Assembly: GCA_030583685.1 (NCBI GenBank)
Contig: CP129470.1
Span: 148,345 to 212,344, forward strand
Length of the DNA stretch: 64,000 nucleotides
Direction of reading: 5' to 3'
Source of the DNA: Candidatus Dojkabacteria bacterium
GTDB lineage: Bacteria; Patescibacteriota; Dojkabacteria; GCA-002793355
Part shown: positions 19,594 to 28,957 of the stretch, in pieces
Layout of the letters: the number at the start of each line of letters is the position of its first letter
How positions within the stretch are numbered: the stretch's first letter is position 1
The notes under the pieces: generated by a model
What the model saw: the letters and a program-made list of their open reading frames with translations, nothing else
Told to the model about the DNA's origin: nothing
The model's database searches: none
Program-made: the position numbers and the translations under genes

Positions 19594-20817
19594 CTATTTT
19601 ATCGATTGCGTCAAGGTAAACATAGGGTAGTAAATTGCGGAGACAATGACAGCGACCACACCACCCATAACCACGAGCAGAATCGGTTCAAGAAGTGAAG
19701 AGAGTGTCGACGTTGCTGATTTAATCTCCAGATCATAATACTTTGCTACCTTACGCAGCACGGTATCTAATTGTCCAGTTTCCTGACCAACATTAACCAT
19801 ATATCCTACAAGAGAGGGGAAGTATTGACTTTGTAACAACGGCACTGCAATTGAGACACCGCGTTTTACTTGATCGCGCATAGCAGCAACCTCATCTTTA
19901 AACCAGACGTTACTCAGCGTTGCTTCGGTCAATTCAAGGGTCTGTAAGATTGGAACACCACTACTAACCAACAAATACAACACACGACTAAACGTGGCAA
20001 CTTGCACTTTAACAAACAAAGGTCCAAAAAGAGGAACTGTAATAATAAATTTATCCCAAACGCGTCTTCCTTCGGGGGTAGAGAGAAAATATCGTAAACT
20101 CACCCCAGCAGCGATGAGAATAAGTACCAGGAGATACCAAAACTCAGTCATAAAGTTACTAATACCAATGACAATCTTGGTGATTAACGGGAGATCGGCC
20201 CCAAACGAAACAAATGCATCTTGTAATTGTGGCACCACAACAGCCATCAAGAAAATGACGACTCCAATCATAACCACCGTTAATACCGCCGGATACGCAA
20301 GGGCAGACATCACCTTACTTCGAAGTGCATTTTTCTGTTCGTACTCCCTTGACAGTTTTCGTAAAATGGTTCCTAAATTCCCACTCTGTTCACCCGCTTT
20401 GATTAAATTGACGGCAATTGAATCAAATACATCAGGGTATTTTGCAAACGAATCAGATAACTGAACGCCACCAGATACAGCACGAAGCACTTCTTTGAGA
20501 ACTTGTCGAAAACGAGGATTTTGTGCCTGCAGACTCAACACTTCAAGCGCGCGGGTAATAGAGAGACCAGCATTCAACATAATTGAAAACTGCTTCAAGA
20601 AAATCATTTTGTCTTTCAGAGGGACTCCTCCGATATTTATTTCTTGCAATTTCTCAAGCGACAAAAAACGAGAGACTTCATCAACAGAAACAGGGGATAA
20701 TCCTTTCTGAAACAGCATCGTAACGACTTCTTCTTTAGTTCCCGCAGAATAATTTCCCTTCACGCGTTCACCATTTGCATTGACCGCCACATAAGAGAAC
20801 AATTTTTTGTCTGCCAT
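19594..20817 (-). CDS. pilC: type IV pilus assembly platform protein PilC (GspF family)
   Basis: 407 aa with two GspF-type repeats, including LSRGVPL-like and PILLVVMGGVV blocks, and three TM segments. Confidence 0.85.
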   Translation of the reverse strand: MADKKLFSYVAVNANGERVKGNYSAGTKEEVVTMLFQKGLSPVSVDEVSRFLSLEKLQEINIGGVPLKDKMIFLKQFSIMLNAGLSITRALEVLSLQAQNPRFRQVLKEVLRAVSGGVQLSDSFAKYPDVFDSIAVNLIKAGEQSGNLGTILRKLSREYEQKNALRSKVMSALAYPAVLTVVMIGVVIFLMAVVVPQLQDAFVSFGADLPLITKIVIGISNFMTEFWYLLVLILIAAGVSLRYFLSTPEGRRVWDKFIITVPLFGPLFVKVQVATFSRVLYLLVSSGVPILQTLELTEATLSNVWFKDEVAAMRDQVKRGVSIAVPLLQSQYFPSLVGYMVNVGQETGQLDTVLRKVAKYYDLEIKSATSTLSSLLEPILLVVMGGVVAVIVSAIYYPMFTLTQSIK

Positions 20818-22478
20818 TACACTAATTCTTCAAGTAATCTAGCCATTTCTGTCGCATCGAGCGCATACCGTAGCGCATCGTCTTGGTCGATTAACCCTTC
20901 TCGGTACAATCCAAGAAGTGATTTTTCTAAGGTAATCATACCAATATCGACACTCGTTCGAATAATATTATCAATTTGATAAATCTTATTCTCACGAATT
21001 AAGTTTCTAATTGCTGGAGTCATCAACATAATTTCAAGTGCAGCACGACGGCCACCACCTTTAATTGGGATTAATCGCTGAGCAACAACAGCCTCAAGAA
21101 CATCTGCCAATTCGGTTCGAATTTCCTCCTGTTGGACATCAGGATACATGTTAACAATACGCTGAATCGTTTGCGCAGCGCTATTTGTGTGTAAGGTTGC
21201 AAACACGAGGTGTCCTGTCTCAGCAACCGTAATTGCCGCAGAGATAGTCTCAAGGTCTCTCATTTCTCCAACAAGCACAACATCAGGATCTTCACGAAGC
21301 GCGGATCGGAGTGCACCTTTCCAAGAATGCGTGTCATCACCAAGCTCTCGCTGAGAGACGAGTGCTTTTTGCTGAGGAAAAACATATTCAATTGGATCTT
21401 CAATCGTCAAAATATGTTTTGGATGCTTCATATTAATTTCCTGAATCACTGCTGCAAGGGTGGTCGATTTTCCGTGTCCTGTAGGACCAGTTACCAACAC
21501 CAATCCCTGCTCCATATCAGAGAATTTATGAAACAGATCTGGTAGTTTTAATTCTTGAATTGTTCGAATTCGGGTTGGAATTAATCGAAAAGCAGCAGAA
21601 ATATAGCCACGCTGCCAATAGGCATTAATACGAAATCGCCCTGCACCTTCATGTTGGTACGCCAAATCAACTTCACGGTTTACTTCTAATTGCTCCTTCT
21701 TGTCATCAGGCAAAATCGAGTAAATAAGTTCCTTTGCTGTTTTTGGATCGAGAATCGTATCACCAACAGTTACAAGCGATCCGTCAATACGAATCATAGG
21801 CTGATACCCAACGGCAAGGTGAAGATCTGATGCATCTTTTTCCACGACCAGATTCAATAAGGTTTTTGTATCATACGCACCGGGCATTGATATATTTGCT
21901 CGAGGTTGAGGAGTTACAGGAGTGGCGTTTGGTTGTAATGCATCCGACGTCACAACTGGCATATCGAGAGAAACAGGTGTCGTTTGTGCTGTGTTGTCAA
22001 CTGCTGTTGTTGCACCAGAAACTTCAGATACTGAAGGTACTGCCGTAACAGCAGGTGATGAATCAATCGTTGGAATGCCTGGTGACACAGCGCCAGAAAG
22101 GAGTGGAGCGGATGTTGTTGGTTCTGAGGGTTGCGTAATCACTTCGGGAAGCGAATCTCCTGGGGCGTCTGCGAGTTCTTCGTTTGTTGTCAGTAAATCA
22201 GGGGTTTCAGCCATTTTCTGCAAATCAGCAAGTGTATCAACAATATCTGATTTTTCTGTTTCATTCAGGGGGGGAAGGGTGGGTGGGTTTGCAGAGACCT
22301 CGGGAACCGATGTAGACAGATTATCATCCAATGACACTGCAGGTGCCTGAGGAGGAATTGTTGAGGGTGGACTTACGGTCTGACTCACAGAGGTACCAGG
22401 TATGCCAGGACTCTGGCCGGGCATTGGGGGAACTTGAGAGGAAGGCTGAGGTATAGGTGTTCCTGTATTTAAATCCAT
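20817..22478 (-). CDS. pilT: twitching-motility/retraction ATPase PilT with ~200-aa Pro/Ser/Thr-rich N-terminal extension
   Basis: The C-terminal 355 aa carry PilT motifs: GLVLVTGPTGHGKST, IEDPIEY, VGEMRD and ATLHTNSAAQTIQRI. The N-terminal 1-197 region is a low-complexity P/S/T/V-rich open frame. Confidence 0.85.
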   Translation of the reverse strand: MDLNTGTPIPQPSSQVPPMPGQSPGIPGTSVSQTVSPPSTIPPQAPAVSLDDNLSTSVPEVSANPPTLPPLNETEKSDIVDTLADLQKMAETPDLLTTNEELADAPGDSLPEVITQPSEPTTSAPLLSGAVSPGIPTIDSSPAVTAVPSVSEVSGATTAVDNTAQTTPVSLDMPVVTSDALQPNATPVTPQPRANISMPGAYDTKTLLNLVVEKDASDLHLAVGYQPMIRIDGSLVTVGDTILDPKTAKELIYSILPDDKKEQLEVNREVDLAYQHEGAGRFRINAYWQRGYISAAFRLIPTRIRTIQELKLPDLFHKFSDMEQGLVLVTGPTGHGKSTTLAAVIQEINMKHPKHILTIEDPIEYVFPQQKALVSQRELGDDTHSWKGALRSALREDPDVVLVGEMRDLETISAAITVAETGHLVFATLHTNSAAQTIQRIVNMYPDVQQEEIRTELADVLEAVVAQRLIPIKGGGRRAALEIMLMTPAIRNLIRENKIYQIDNIIRTSVDIGMITLEKSLLGLYREGLIDQDDALRYALDATEMARLLEELV

Positions 22479-22489
22479 ATGTTGTTCAT

Positions 22490-24349
22490 CTAAGTTATTT
22501 CGCTATCACTTTTTGCAACACGAGCAATCTCTTCGATTGTCGTAATACCTTCAATTGCTTTCAAATAGCCATCCTGAATCATAGTCACCATTCCTTCTTC
22601 TTCTGCCAACTGCTCAAGGGTATCAAATTCCGCATTACGCGCAATTCCAGAAGCAAGTTTATCGGTAACCGTTGCGACTTCGAAAATAGCCATTCTTCCT
22701 TTGTATCCAGTATCACCACATTTCGCACAGCCAGAACCTTTATACAGGTAAATACTTGGACGTCCTTCAGGAGTCATTTCAGGAGGTTTCACCGGAGGTG
22801 AAAACTTAAATTCTGGTGAATCAGGTGAAAAAACCTGTCGTTTCGAGAGTGTCTCCACATATCGCAAGACATCGAAGTTTTGCAATCCACCAAGTACTCT
22901 CGTAATTTCTGCAACAATTTCTGGAGAAGCCAATTCTGCAGTACGACAGTGTGGACAAATCGTTCGCACTAAGCGCTGTGCAACGACACATTTTACGGTA
23001 GAGGCAACCAAGAACGGCTCTATTCCCATGTCAATTAATCGAACAAGTGAGGCAACTGCACCGTTCGTGTGGAGTGTTGAAAGCACTAAGTGTCCGGTCA
23101 GTGCAGCACGAATTGCCAACCGAGCAGTTTCTTCGTCTCGAATTTCTCCAAGGTACACGACATTGGGATCTTGACGGAGCACGGAACGGAGAACCGTAGC
23201 AAAGTCTAAGCCGATATCGTGATTAACCTGCACCTGCGTTATTCCTGAAATTCGAATTTCAACAGGATCTTCGATTGAAATTATGTTAACCTTCGGATCA
23301 TTTAAGCGAGAAACCGTACTTGCGAGAGTACGTGTTTTTCCACTTCCGGTTGGACCAGTAACCAAGACAATTCCGTTGGTCAAACTCACGCTTTCTATAT
23401 ATCTTTTATATCCTGAGCCACGGAGTCCTGATTCTTCAAGAGGAGGGATTCCGGAGGTTCGCTCAAGCAATCGCATCACCACTTTTTCACCATGTACCGA
23501 AGGAAGCGTCGAAACACGTAAATCAAACTTTCTATCTCCAACCGTAATGAAAAGTCTGTCATCTTGAGGAAGACGAGTTTCATCAATTTTCATGTTGGAC
23601 ATTATTTTGATTCTCGCGATTACAGGGGAAAGAAGTTCCCGAGGAAGGGTTAATTTTTCATGTAATACACCATCAATACGATATCTAACCCGAACACTCC
23701 GTTCTTGTGGCTCAATATGAATATCAGAAGCGCCAGACTGTGCCGCGTATACTAAGACAGAATTAACAATTTTTGCAACAGGAGCTCCTTGGAGATTTTG
23801 GGTTACATCACCGACGTCATCTGCAGAAATAACCGTTTCTTTTGTACCTGATTCCTGTTGATAACTGGAAACCGCAGCTTCTACATCACCACTAATCATG
23901 CTTCCAAAACGAGTACTGATATACTCAGAAACAGCACTTGGAGTTGATGTGTATACCTCCAGTTGGCGAGGCAGAAACTTTACTTTCCAAAATTGAATTG
24001 CATTAATATTAAAGGGATCTGACATAACCAACTTTACTCGCGTTTCGTTCATCTCAAAGGGAAATGATTGTTGCTCTCTCAATGCATCAACATTAAGCCC
24101 AGCTAGGAGTTCCGGCGGTACCTGAACATTGGAAAGGTCGTCAATAAATTGGATATTGTAAACAGCGGCTTTCGTTTTAAACAAATCTTTCTCAGTCAGT
24201 AATTTCTTTTCCAGAATGAGCTGAACCTCGCTTTTATTCTGTTGCGCACATTGCAACTTAATCTGATCAGATTGTTCTTGCGACAAGAGCCCACGCTCTA
24301 CAAGAGCAGACAGCAATCGAGTATCAACACCAGTATAGGGCAGTGGCAT
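22490..24349 (-). CDS. pilB: type IV pilus assembly ATPase PilB (GspE family) with N-terminal MshEN/GspE-N domain
   Basis: Carries Walker A GPTGSGKTRT, IEDPVE and LSTLHTN, plus a tetracysteine zinc motif (CPHC ... CAKC) with a ~70-aa insert between the Cys pairs. Confidence 0.9.
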   Translation of the reverse strand: MPLPYTGVDTRLLSALVERGLLSQEQSDQIKLQCAQQNKSEVQLILEKKLLTEKDLFKTKAAVYNIQFIDDLSNVQVPPELLAGLNVDALREQQSFPFEMNETRVKLVMSDPFNINAIQFWKVKFLPRQLEVYTSTPSAVSEYISTRFGSMISGDVEAAVSSYQQESGTKETVISADDVGDVTQNLQGAPVAKIVNSVLVYAAQSGASDIHIEPQERSVRVRYRIDGVLHEKLTLPRELLSPVIARIKIMSNMKIDETRLPQDDRLFITVGDRKFDLRVSTLPSVHGEKVVMRLLERTSGIPPLEESGLRGSGYKRYIESVSLTNGIVLVTGPTGSGKTRTLASTVSRLNDPKVNIISIEDPVEIRISGITQVQVNHDIGLDFATVLRSVLRQDPNVVYLGEIRDEETARLAIRAALTGHLVLSTLHTNGAVASLVRLIDMGIEPFLVASTVKCVVAQRLVRTICPHCRTAELASPEIVAEITRVLGGLQNFDVLRYVETLSKRQVFSPDSPEFKFSPPVKPPEMTPEGRPSIYLYKGSGCAKCGDTGYKGRMAIFEVATVTDKLASGIARNAEFDTLEQLAEEEGMVTMIQDGYLKAIEGITTIEEIARVAKSDSEIT

Positions 24350-24466
24350 GGTACAGTGTACAAGATTCGTGTTTCATTTGCAAAGCCTGACAAGTTCATT
24401 CCACGCCAAAGAAATCATATCCCTAAATAAAAAAGCAGGGTTACGCAACTGACATTACGGCTTTAA

Positions 24467-24495
24467 TTGCTTTCCCCGCCTTTCCGTTTTATAAT
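24467..24495 (+). promoter_or_regulatory. sigma70-like promoter (TTGCTT-17-TATAAT) ending 6 nt before the valS ATG; likely leaderless or near-leaderless
   Basis: TTGCTT at 24467-24472, a 17-nt spacer, TATAAT at 24490-24495 and the ATG at 24502. Confidence 0.4.
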
Positions 24496-24501
24496 CCACC
24501 C

Positions 24502-26850
24502 ATGGCTAACTTCGAATTATTCAAGGGACCGTACAATCCACAAATCACAGAACCAGCGGTTCTTGAGTACTGGGAACGGAATTCGTTTTCGAAACCAGAA
24601 TACAATGCGCAGACAAAACAAGTCGATTCGCTAGACGAACTGAAGAAGGAACTTACACAACATCCAGAAAAGAAATTTACGCTCATCAATCCGCCACCAA
24701 ACGCATACGGAAGGCCACATTTAGGAAATATTTCAGGATATGCCTACCAAGACTTGATGGGAAGATTCTGGAGAATGAAAGGAAAAAGAGTACTCCTTTT
24801 TCCTGGAAAGGATCATGCCGGAATTCAAGGTGAGATCGTCGTCCTGCGAGAGCATTTTCGGCAGCAAGGAAAGTCAAAACAAACTATGACCCGTGAAGAA
24901 TTCTATGCGGAAACATATGAATACTTTACGGAAATGATGGCTGCTGCACTACAAGACGAAAAAAGAATCGGGCTTTCTGCAGATTTTGAAAGGAATGTTT
25001 TTACGCTGGACCCGACAATTGTAAAAAATGTACTTACCACTTTCGAAAAACTCTACGAAGCGAACAAGGTATACAAGGGCGTCAGAATCGTTAATTGGTG
25101 TACTTCCTGTCAAACTGCCCTCGCAGATATTGATACAGAAAAAAAAGAGAGAGAAGCTCCGATGTATTACTTACGATACCCGCTGGTAGAACCAGTTGGC
25201 AACATTACTCACATTACGGTCGCAACCACTCGCCCCGAAACCATGTTAGGCGATACTGCCATTGTGGTACACCCTGAAGATGAACGATATAAACAACTCC
25301 ACGGAAGAAAGGTGTTACTCCCTCTGGTAAAGAGAGAAATTCCAATCATCACCGACACACAAGTGGACAGAGAAGTTGGTACAGGCTGCCTCAAATTAAC
25401 ACCCGCGCATGCCCCAGAGGATTACGAAATTATGCTTCGCTGGAATGAGAATAATCCCGACAAAGCAGTTGGCTGGATTAACGTCATAGACCCACAGGGA
25501 ATGATGTGTGGCCCTATTGGTAAATTCCGAGATATGAGTTCAGATGCGGCAATGAACCAAGTTCTTTCAGATTTCAAGGAACAGCAGCTCTACGAAAAAG
25601 AAGAACTACAATCACAGCGGATTCCCGTATGCGAAAGATGCAAATCCATCATTCAACCACTTATGTCCAGTCAATGGTTTATTCGTGTTGATGAAATGAA
25701 GGAACAGGCGCTCACGGCAGTCATGGAGGGAAGCATTACGATTCATCCGAAGTATATGACAAAAAAATATACTCACTGGATGAAAAACTTACGCGACTGG
25801 CCAATATCACGTGCACTCTGGTGGGGTTACCGCTTCCCCGTTTGGTACAAAGGAAGCTTGGAGACGACCTACGGAGACGATGGTAACGTGAGTGAAAAAA
25901 TTGGAGGTATTGCCGTCAACGATTTTGCTGATGCAGTAGCCCAAGGATTGGCAATTGTTTCTCAGTCATCGCCAGGGGAGGGATGGATTCAAGATGAAAA
26001 TGTGTTTGATACCTGGTTTAGCTCTGGCCAATGGCCATATGTTACGCTTGAAAAAGAAGGATTACTCGACTGTATGTACCCAACTGATACTATGGAGACA
26101 GGGTACGATATTCTTGAGTTATGGGTATCTCGAATGATTATGCTTGGGTTATTCAGAACAGGAAAAATTCCCTTTAAAGATGTCTATCTGCACGGCATCG
26201 TCAAAGCAGAGGATGGACAGAAAATGAGTAAATCAAAAGGGAATGTTGTTTCCTTAGATGATCTCGTCGGAGAATTTGGCGCCGATGCAATCAGAATGCT
26301 TTATATCGTTGGCAACAAGGCAGGAGCAAGTTATCGTATCGATAGAGAGAAGCTTGCCGGAAACAGAAACTTTCTCAACAAAATTTGGAATGCTTCCAAG
26401 TATGTCTTTTTTTCAACAGCAGACTTACAGGAGCCTTGGGAAGTTACCCAAGCTTCTCTTTCCTTGGCTGAGGAGGACAAGGCAATTATTGCAGAAGTTG
26501 AGAAACTTTCAGAGCAAGTCAGCAAGAAAATTCAGAATTTTCGATTTGGGCTTGTTGCAGTTGATCTCATACAATCCTTTTGGCACTCGTTTTGTGATGT
26601 TTACCTTGAACAGGTAAAGGCACGACTGTATACCAAAGACAAAGAAGGTAATCCGATTAACACCTCTCCCGAACAACAGGCATCAAGGAGAGCTGGTCAA
26701 TGGACACTCTGGTACGTACTCGGGGTTTATCTGAAACTGCTTCATCCCTACGTTCCGTTTATTACTGAGTATCTCTGGGCATCCTATCCCAAATCTCCAA
26801 CCGACAGTGAAACAATAATGCATACCGCGTGGCCTGATAAACACACATGA
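24502..26850 (+). CDS. valS: valine--tRNA ligase (short form, no C-terminal coiled coil)
   Basis: Editing-domain signature VATTRPETMLGDTAIVVHPEDERY and a KMSKSKGN motif. The class I HIGH region reads PPPNAYGRPHLGN (HLGN). Confidence 0.85.
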   Translation: MANFELFKGPYNPQITEPAVLEYWERNSFSKPEYNAQTKQVDSLDELKKELTQHPEKKFTLINPPPNAYGRPHLGNISGYAYQDLMGRFWRMKGKRVLLFPGKDHAGIQGEIVVLREHFRQQGKSKQTMTREEFYAETYEYFTEMMAAALQDEKRIGLSADFERNVFTLDPTIVKNVLTTFEKLYEANKVYKGVRIVNWCTSCQTALADIDTEKKEREAPMYYLRYPLVEPVGNITHITVATTRPETMLGDTAIVVHPEDERYKQLHGRKVLLPLVKREIPIITDTQVDREVGTGCLKLTPAHAPEDYEIMLRWNENNPDKAVGWINVIDPQGMMCGPIGKFRDMSSDAAMNQVLSDFKEQQLYEKEELQSQRIPVCERCKSIIQPLMSSQWFIRVDEMKEQALTAVMEGSITIHPKYMTKKYTHWMKNLRDWPISRALWWGYRFPVWYKGSLETTYGDDGNVSEKIGGIAVNDFADAVAQGLAIVSQSSPGEGWIQDENVFDTWFSSGQWPYVTLEKEGLLDCMYPTDTMETGYDILELWVSRMIMLGLFRTGKIPFKDVYLHGIVKAEDGQKMSKSKGNVVSLDDLVGEFGADAIRMLYIVGNKAGASYRIDREKLAGNRNFLNKIWNASKYVFFSTADLQEPWEVTQASLSLAEEDKAIIAEVEKLSEQVSKKIQNFRFGLVAVDLIQSFWHSFCDVYLEQVKARLYTKDKEGNPINTSPEQQASRRAGQWTLWYVLGVYLKLLHPYVPFITEYLWASYPKSPTDSETIMHTAWPDKHT

Positions 26851-27515
26851 CACACTTATACATTTGCAATAATGAGGAAACTCTGCAAGAGACTATATTA
26901 AAAAAAGTTTCTGACACAATCCCCGTAAGAACTGACATTCTTGCCCGTATTACCCATCCAGATTTTCACCTCCTCAATGGATTTGAAACAGAAACTATTG
27001 GTATTGCTGACGTAAAACAGTTTTGCAAAATCCTTCATAAAAAGCCCTTTAAGGCAGTCGCTCAGATCGGCGTTATTCTTGGCTTTGAGCATGCTACAAA
27101 CGAGGCTCAAAACGCATTGTTAAAAGAATTCGAAGAACATGCAGACAATGTCATCTATATTCTTGGAGTACTCGACGAAAGCACACTTCTCGCGACGATT
27201 CGTTCGCGTGCAACGATACATTACATCGGGGCACAAGTACAAAAAAAAGAACAAAAGGAATTTCTTGAAATTGCACACGCATATCTTTCACCTGCCATTG
27301 ATTTACTCGATACATACGCAAAAATAAACAATAAAGAGTGGTCAAAGCAGACTGCAGAAATGGTTCTCCGCATTCTCTACGAACAGCTCCCAAAAAATCG
27401 AGGAGCGCAAAAAAAATTATTACGTGTGCAAAAAAGCAGCGAGTACCTAAGAAACAATGTTTCACCAAAACAAGTCCTTTTGGCATTATTTCTCGAATTC
27501 AGAAAAAAATCCTAA
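26847..27515 (+). CDS. holB: DNA polymerase III delta' subunit-like protein (compact, no P-loop)
   Basis: Blocks HPDFHLL, AQNALLKEFEEH (NALLKtLEEP) and TIRSRA (SRC motif) match delta'. The N-terminal Walker A is replaced by LYICNNEE. ATGA overlap with valS. Confidence 0.5.
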   Translation: MTHLYICNNEETLQETILKKVSDTIPVRTDILARITHPDFHLLNGFETETIGIADVKQFCKILHKKPFKAVAQIGVILGFEHATNEAQNALLKEFEEHADNVIYILGVLDESTLLATIRSRATIHYIGAQVQKKEQKEFLEIAHAYLSPAIDLLDTYAKINNKEWSKQTAEMVLRILYEQLPKNRGAQKKLLRVQKSSEYLRNNVSPKQVLLALFLEFRKKS

Positions 27516-28944
27516 AAATCTCAAGTACATTACAGCACTCGGTGGCAATGTAGATTTTAATACGAAAACATGGTATAATACACTCGCAATCATGACCAAC
27601 GATCCTTTTAAATCGGGCTTTCTCTGGGTACTCAAACAGCTCGCAAAACTAGAAATGAGTAAACATAAGAATGCCCTTGTCATTGGCATCACCGGTTCAT
27701 CTGGCAAGACAACAACAAAGGAACTCCTGGTCGCATTACTCGCACCGTTCTACAAACATCGACTGAAATTTACAAAGAGAGGTAATTCCGAAACAGGAAT
27801 ACCCTTTGAAATCCTTGATATCCCGGTAAAAAAGTATCCTTATTGGAAATATCCTTTGATACTCTTACAAGCACTGGGGACAGTTTTATTGACACGAAAG
27901 AAATTTGACATTTTTGTCGTTGAATACGGCATTGACAGCCCTCAAAACCCGGGTAATATGGAGTATTTACTCTCAATTGTTCGTCCAGATATCTCGATAC
28001 TGCTTTCAATAACCGCGGCCCACGGAGAACGGTTTGAAGCCTTTATTGACCCTGCAACCCCACCGTCAAAACGTGTTATTGCAATTCAACGCCTCATCGC
28101 AGAAGAAAAAGCAAAGCTCCTTACTGCAACAAAAACTCCTTCTCACGCCTTTGTCACCAAACAGGCGGCACAGTTTCTCCCTGCAGAAAAATTACACCAC
28201 TGGACCGTTCTTGAGGCTTCTGACTCGACCTTTCACCTTGACAGTCTTTACAACACCTCGGAAGGGTGTACTATCTCCGTCCAACTTCCTGATGGATTAG
28301 TTAACACAGTGATTCCTGGAGTTGCGTTAAGTAATGCAGCAAAAAGTAATCTCCAATTCGGTTTAAGGGTCCTGTCATTGCTGAAAAAAAACTTGCGCGT
28401 TGCCCTGAAAAAACTGCCTGAGCATTTCAAACCTGAGCCAGGTCGTTCTTCACTTCTTCCCGGAGAAAAAAACACTCTTATCCTTGATTCGTCCTACAAT
28501 GCTAATCCACTTGCGGCTATAGAATTATTTGGCATTGTTAAGGAATTAGCCAAGAAAGGAAAACGCAAAAAAGTCATTGTGCTGGGAGATTTCCGAGAAC
28601 TTGGCGAACAGTCAGAAGCGTTATACAAAACAGTCATCAAAGAAGCAAGTGCCGTTGCAGATACTTTGGTGCTCACCAATAATCTGATGAAAACCTATGG
28701 AATTCCTGCTGCAGAAGAAAACGGATTTGTTCACAACCAAAATCTCTACTGGTTCGAAAACGGCAGACAACTTGCTTTCCATATTTTAGAAGTTGTTGAA
28801 GAAAATAGTGTCGTTCTTTTCGAAGGCAGTCAAGATACCGTTTTCCTTGAATATGCGGTAAAGGAACTTTGTGCACAGAAAGAACAACAGTATATTGAAA
28901 AAAATATTCCCAGAATGACACCTGACTGGATTTCTATGAAATAA
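27457..28944 (+). CDS. murF: Mur ligase family protein, MurF-like (UDP-MurNAc-tripeptide--D-Ala-D-Ala ligase)
   Basis: Motifs GITGSSGKTTTKE, a central Mur ligase domain and DSSYNANP. The start is uncertain; alternative starts lie at MTNDPF (27592) and MSKHKN. Confidence 0.65.
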   Translation: MFHQNKSFWHYFSNSEKNPKNLKYITALGGNVDFNTKTWYNTLAIMTNDPFKSGFLWVLKQLAKLEMSKHKNALVIGITGSSGKTTTKELLVALLAPFYKHRLKFTKRGNSETGIPFEILDIPVKKYPYWKYPLILLQALGTVLLTRKKFDIFVVEYGIDSPQNPGNMEYLLSIVRPDISILLSITAAHGERFEAFIDPATPPSKRVIAIQRLIAEEKAKLLTATKTPSHAFVTKQAAQFLPAEKLHHWTVLEASDSTFHLDSLYNTSEGCTISVQLPDGLVNTVIPGVALSNAAKSNLQFGLRVLSLLKKNLRVALKKLPEHFKPEPGRSSLLPGEKNTLILDSSYNANPLAAIELFGIVKELAKKGKRKKVIVLGDFRELGEQSEALYKTVIKEASAVADTLVLTNNLMKTYGIPAAEENGFVHNQNLYWFENGRQLAFHILEVVEENSVVLFEGSQDTVFLEYAVKELCAQKEQQYIEKNIPRMTPDWISMK

Positions 28945-28957
28945 GATACACTATGTC

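Noticed and set aside
21922-22350. 142-aa plus-strand ORF antisense to the pilT N-terminal extension
   Set aside because: It is a mirror-image low-complexity artifact of the Pro/Ser/Thr-rich coding region on the other strand.
24350-24501. Possible T-box leader upstream of valS (and similarly hisS, serS, glyQS)
   Set aside because: The intergenic regions are 35-150 nt, too short for a ~250-nt T-box. No specifier-loop or antiterminator T-box motif is visible.
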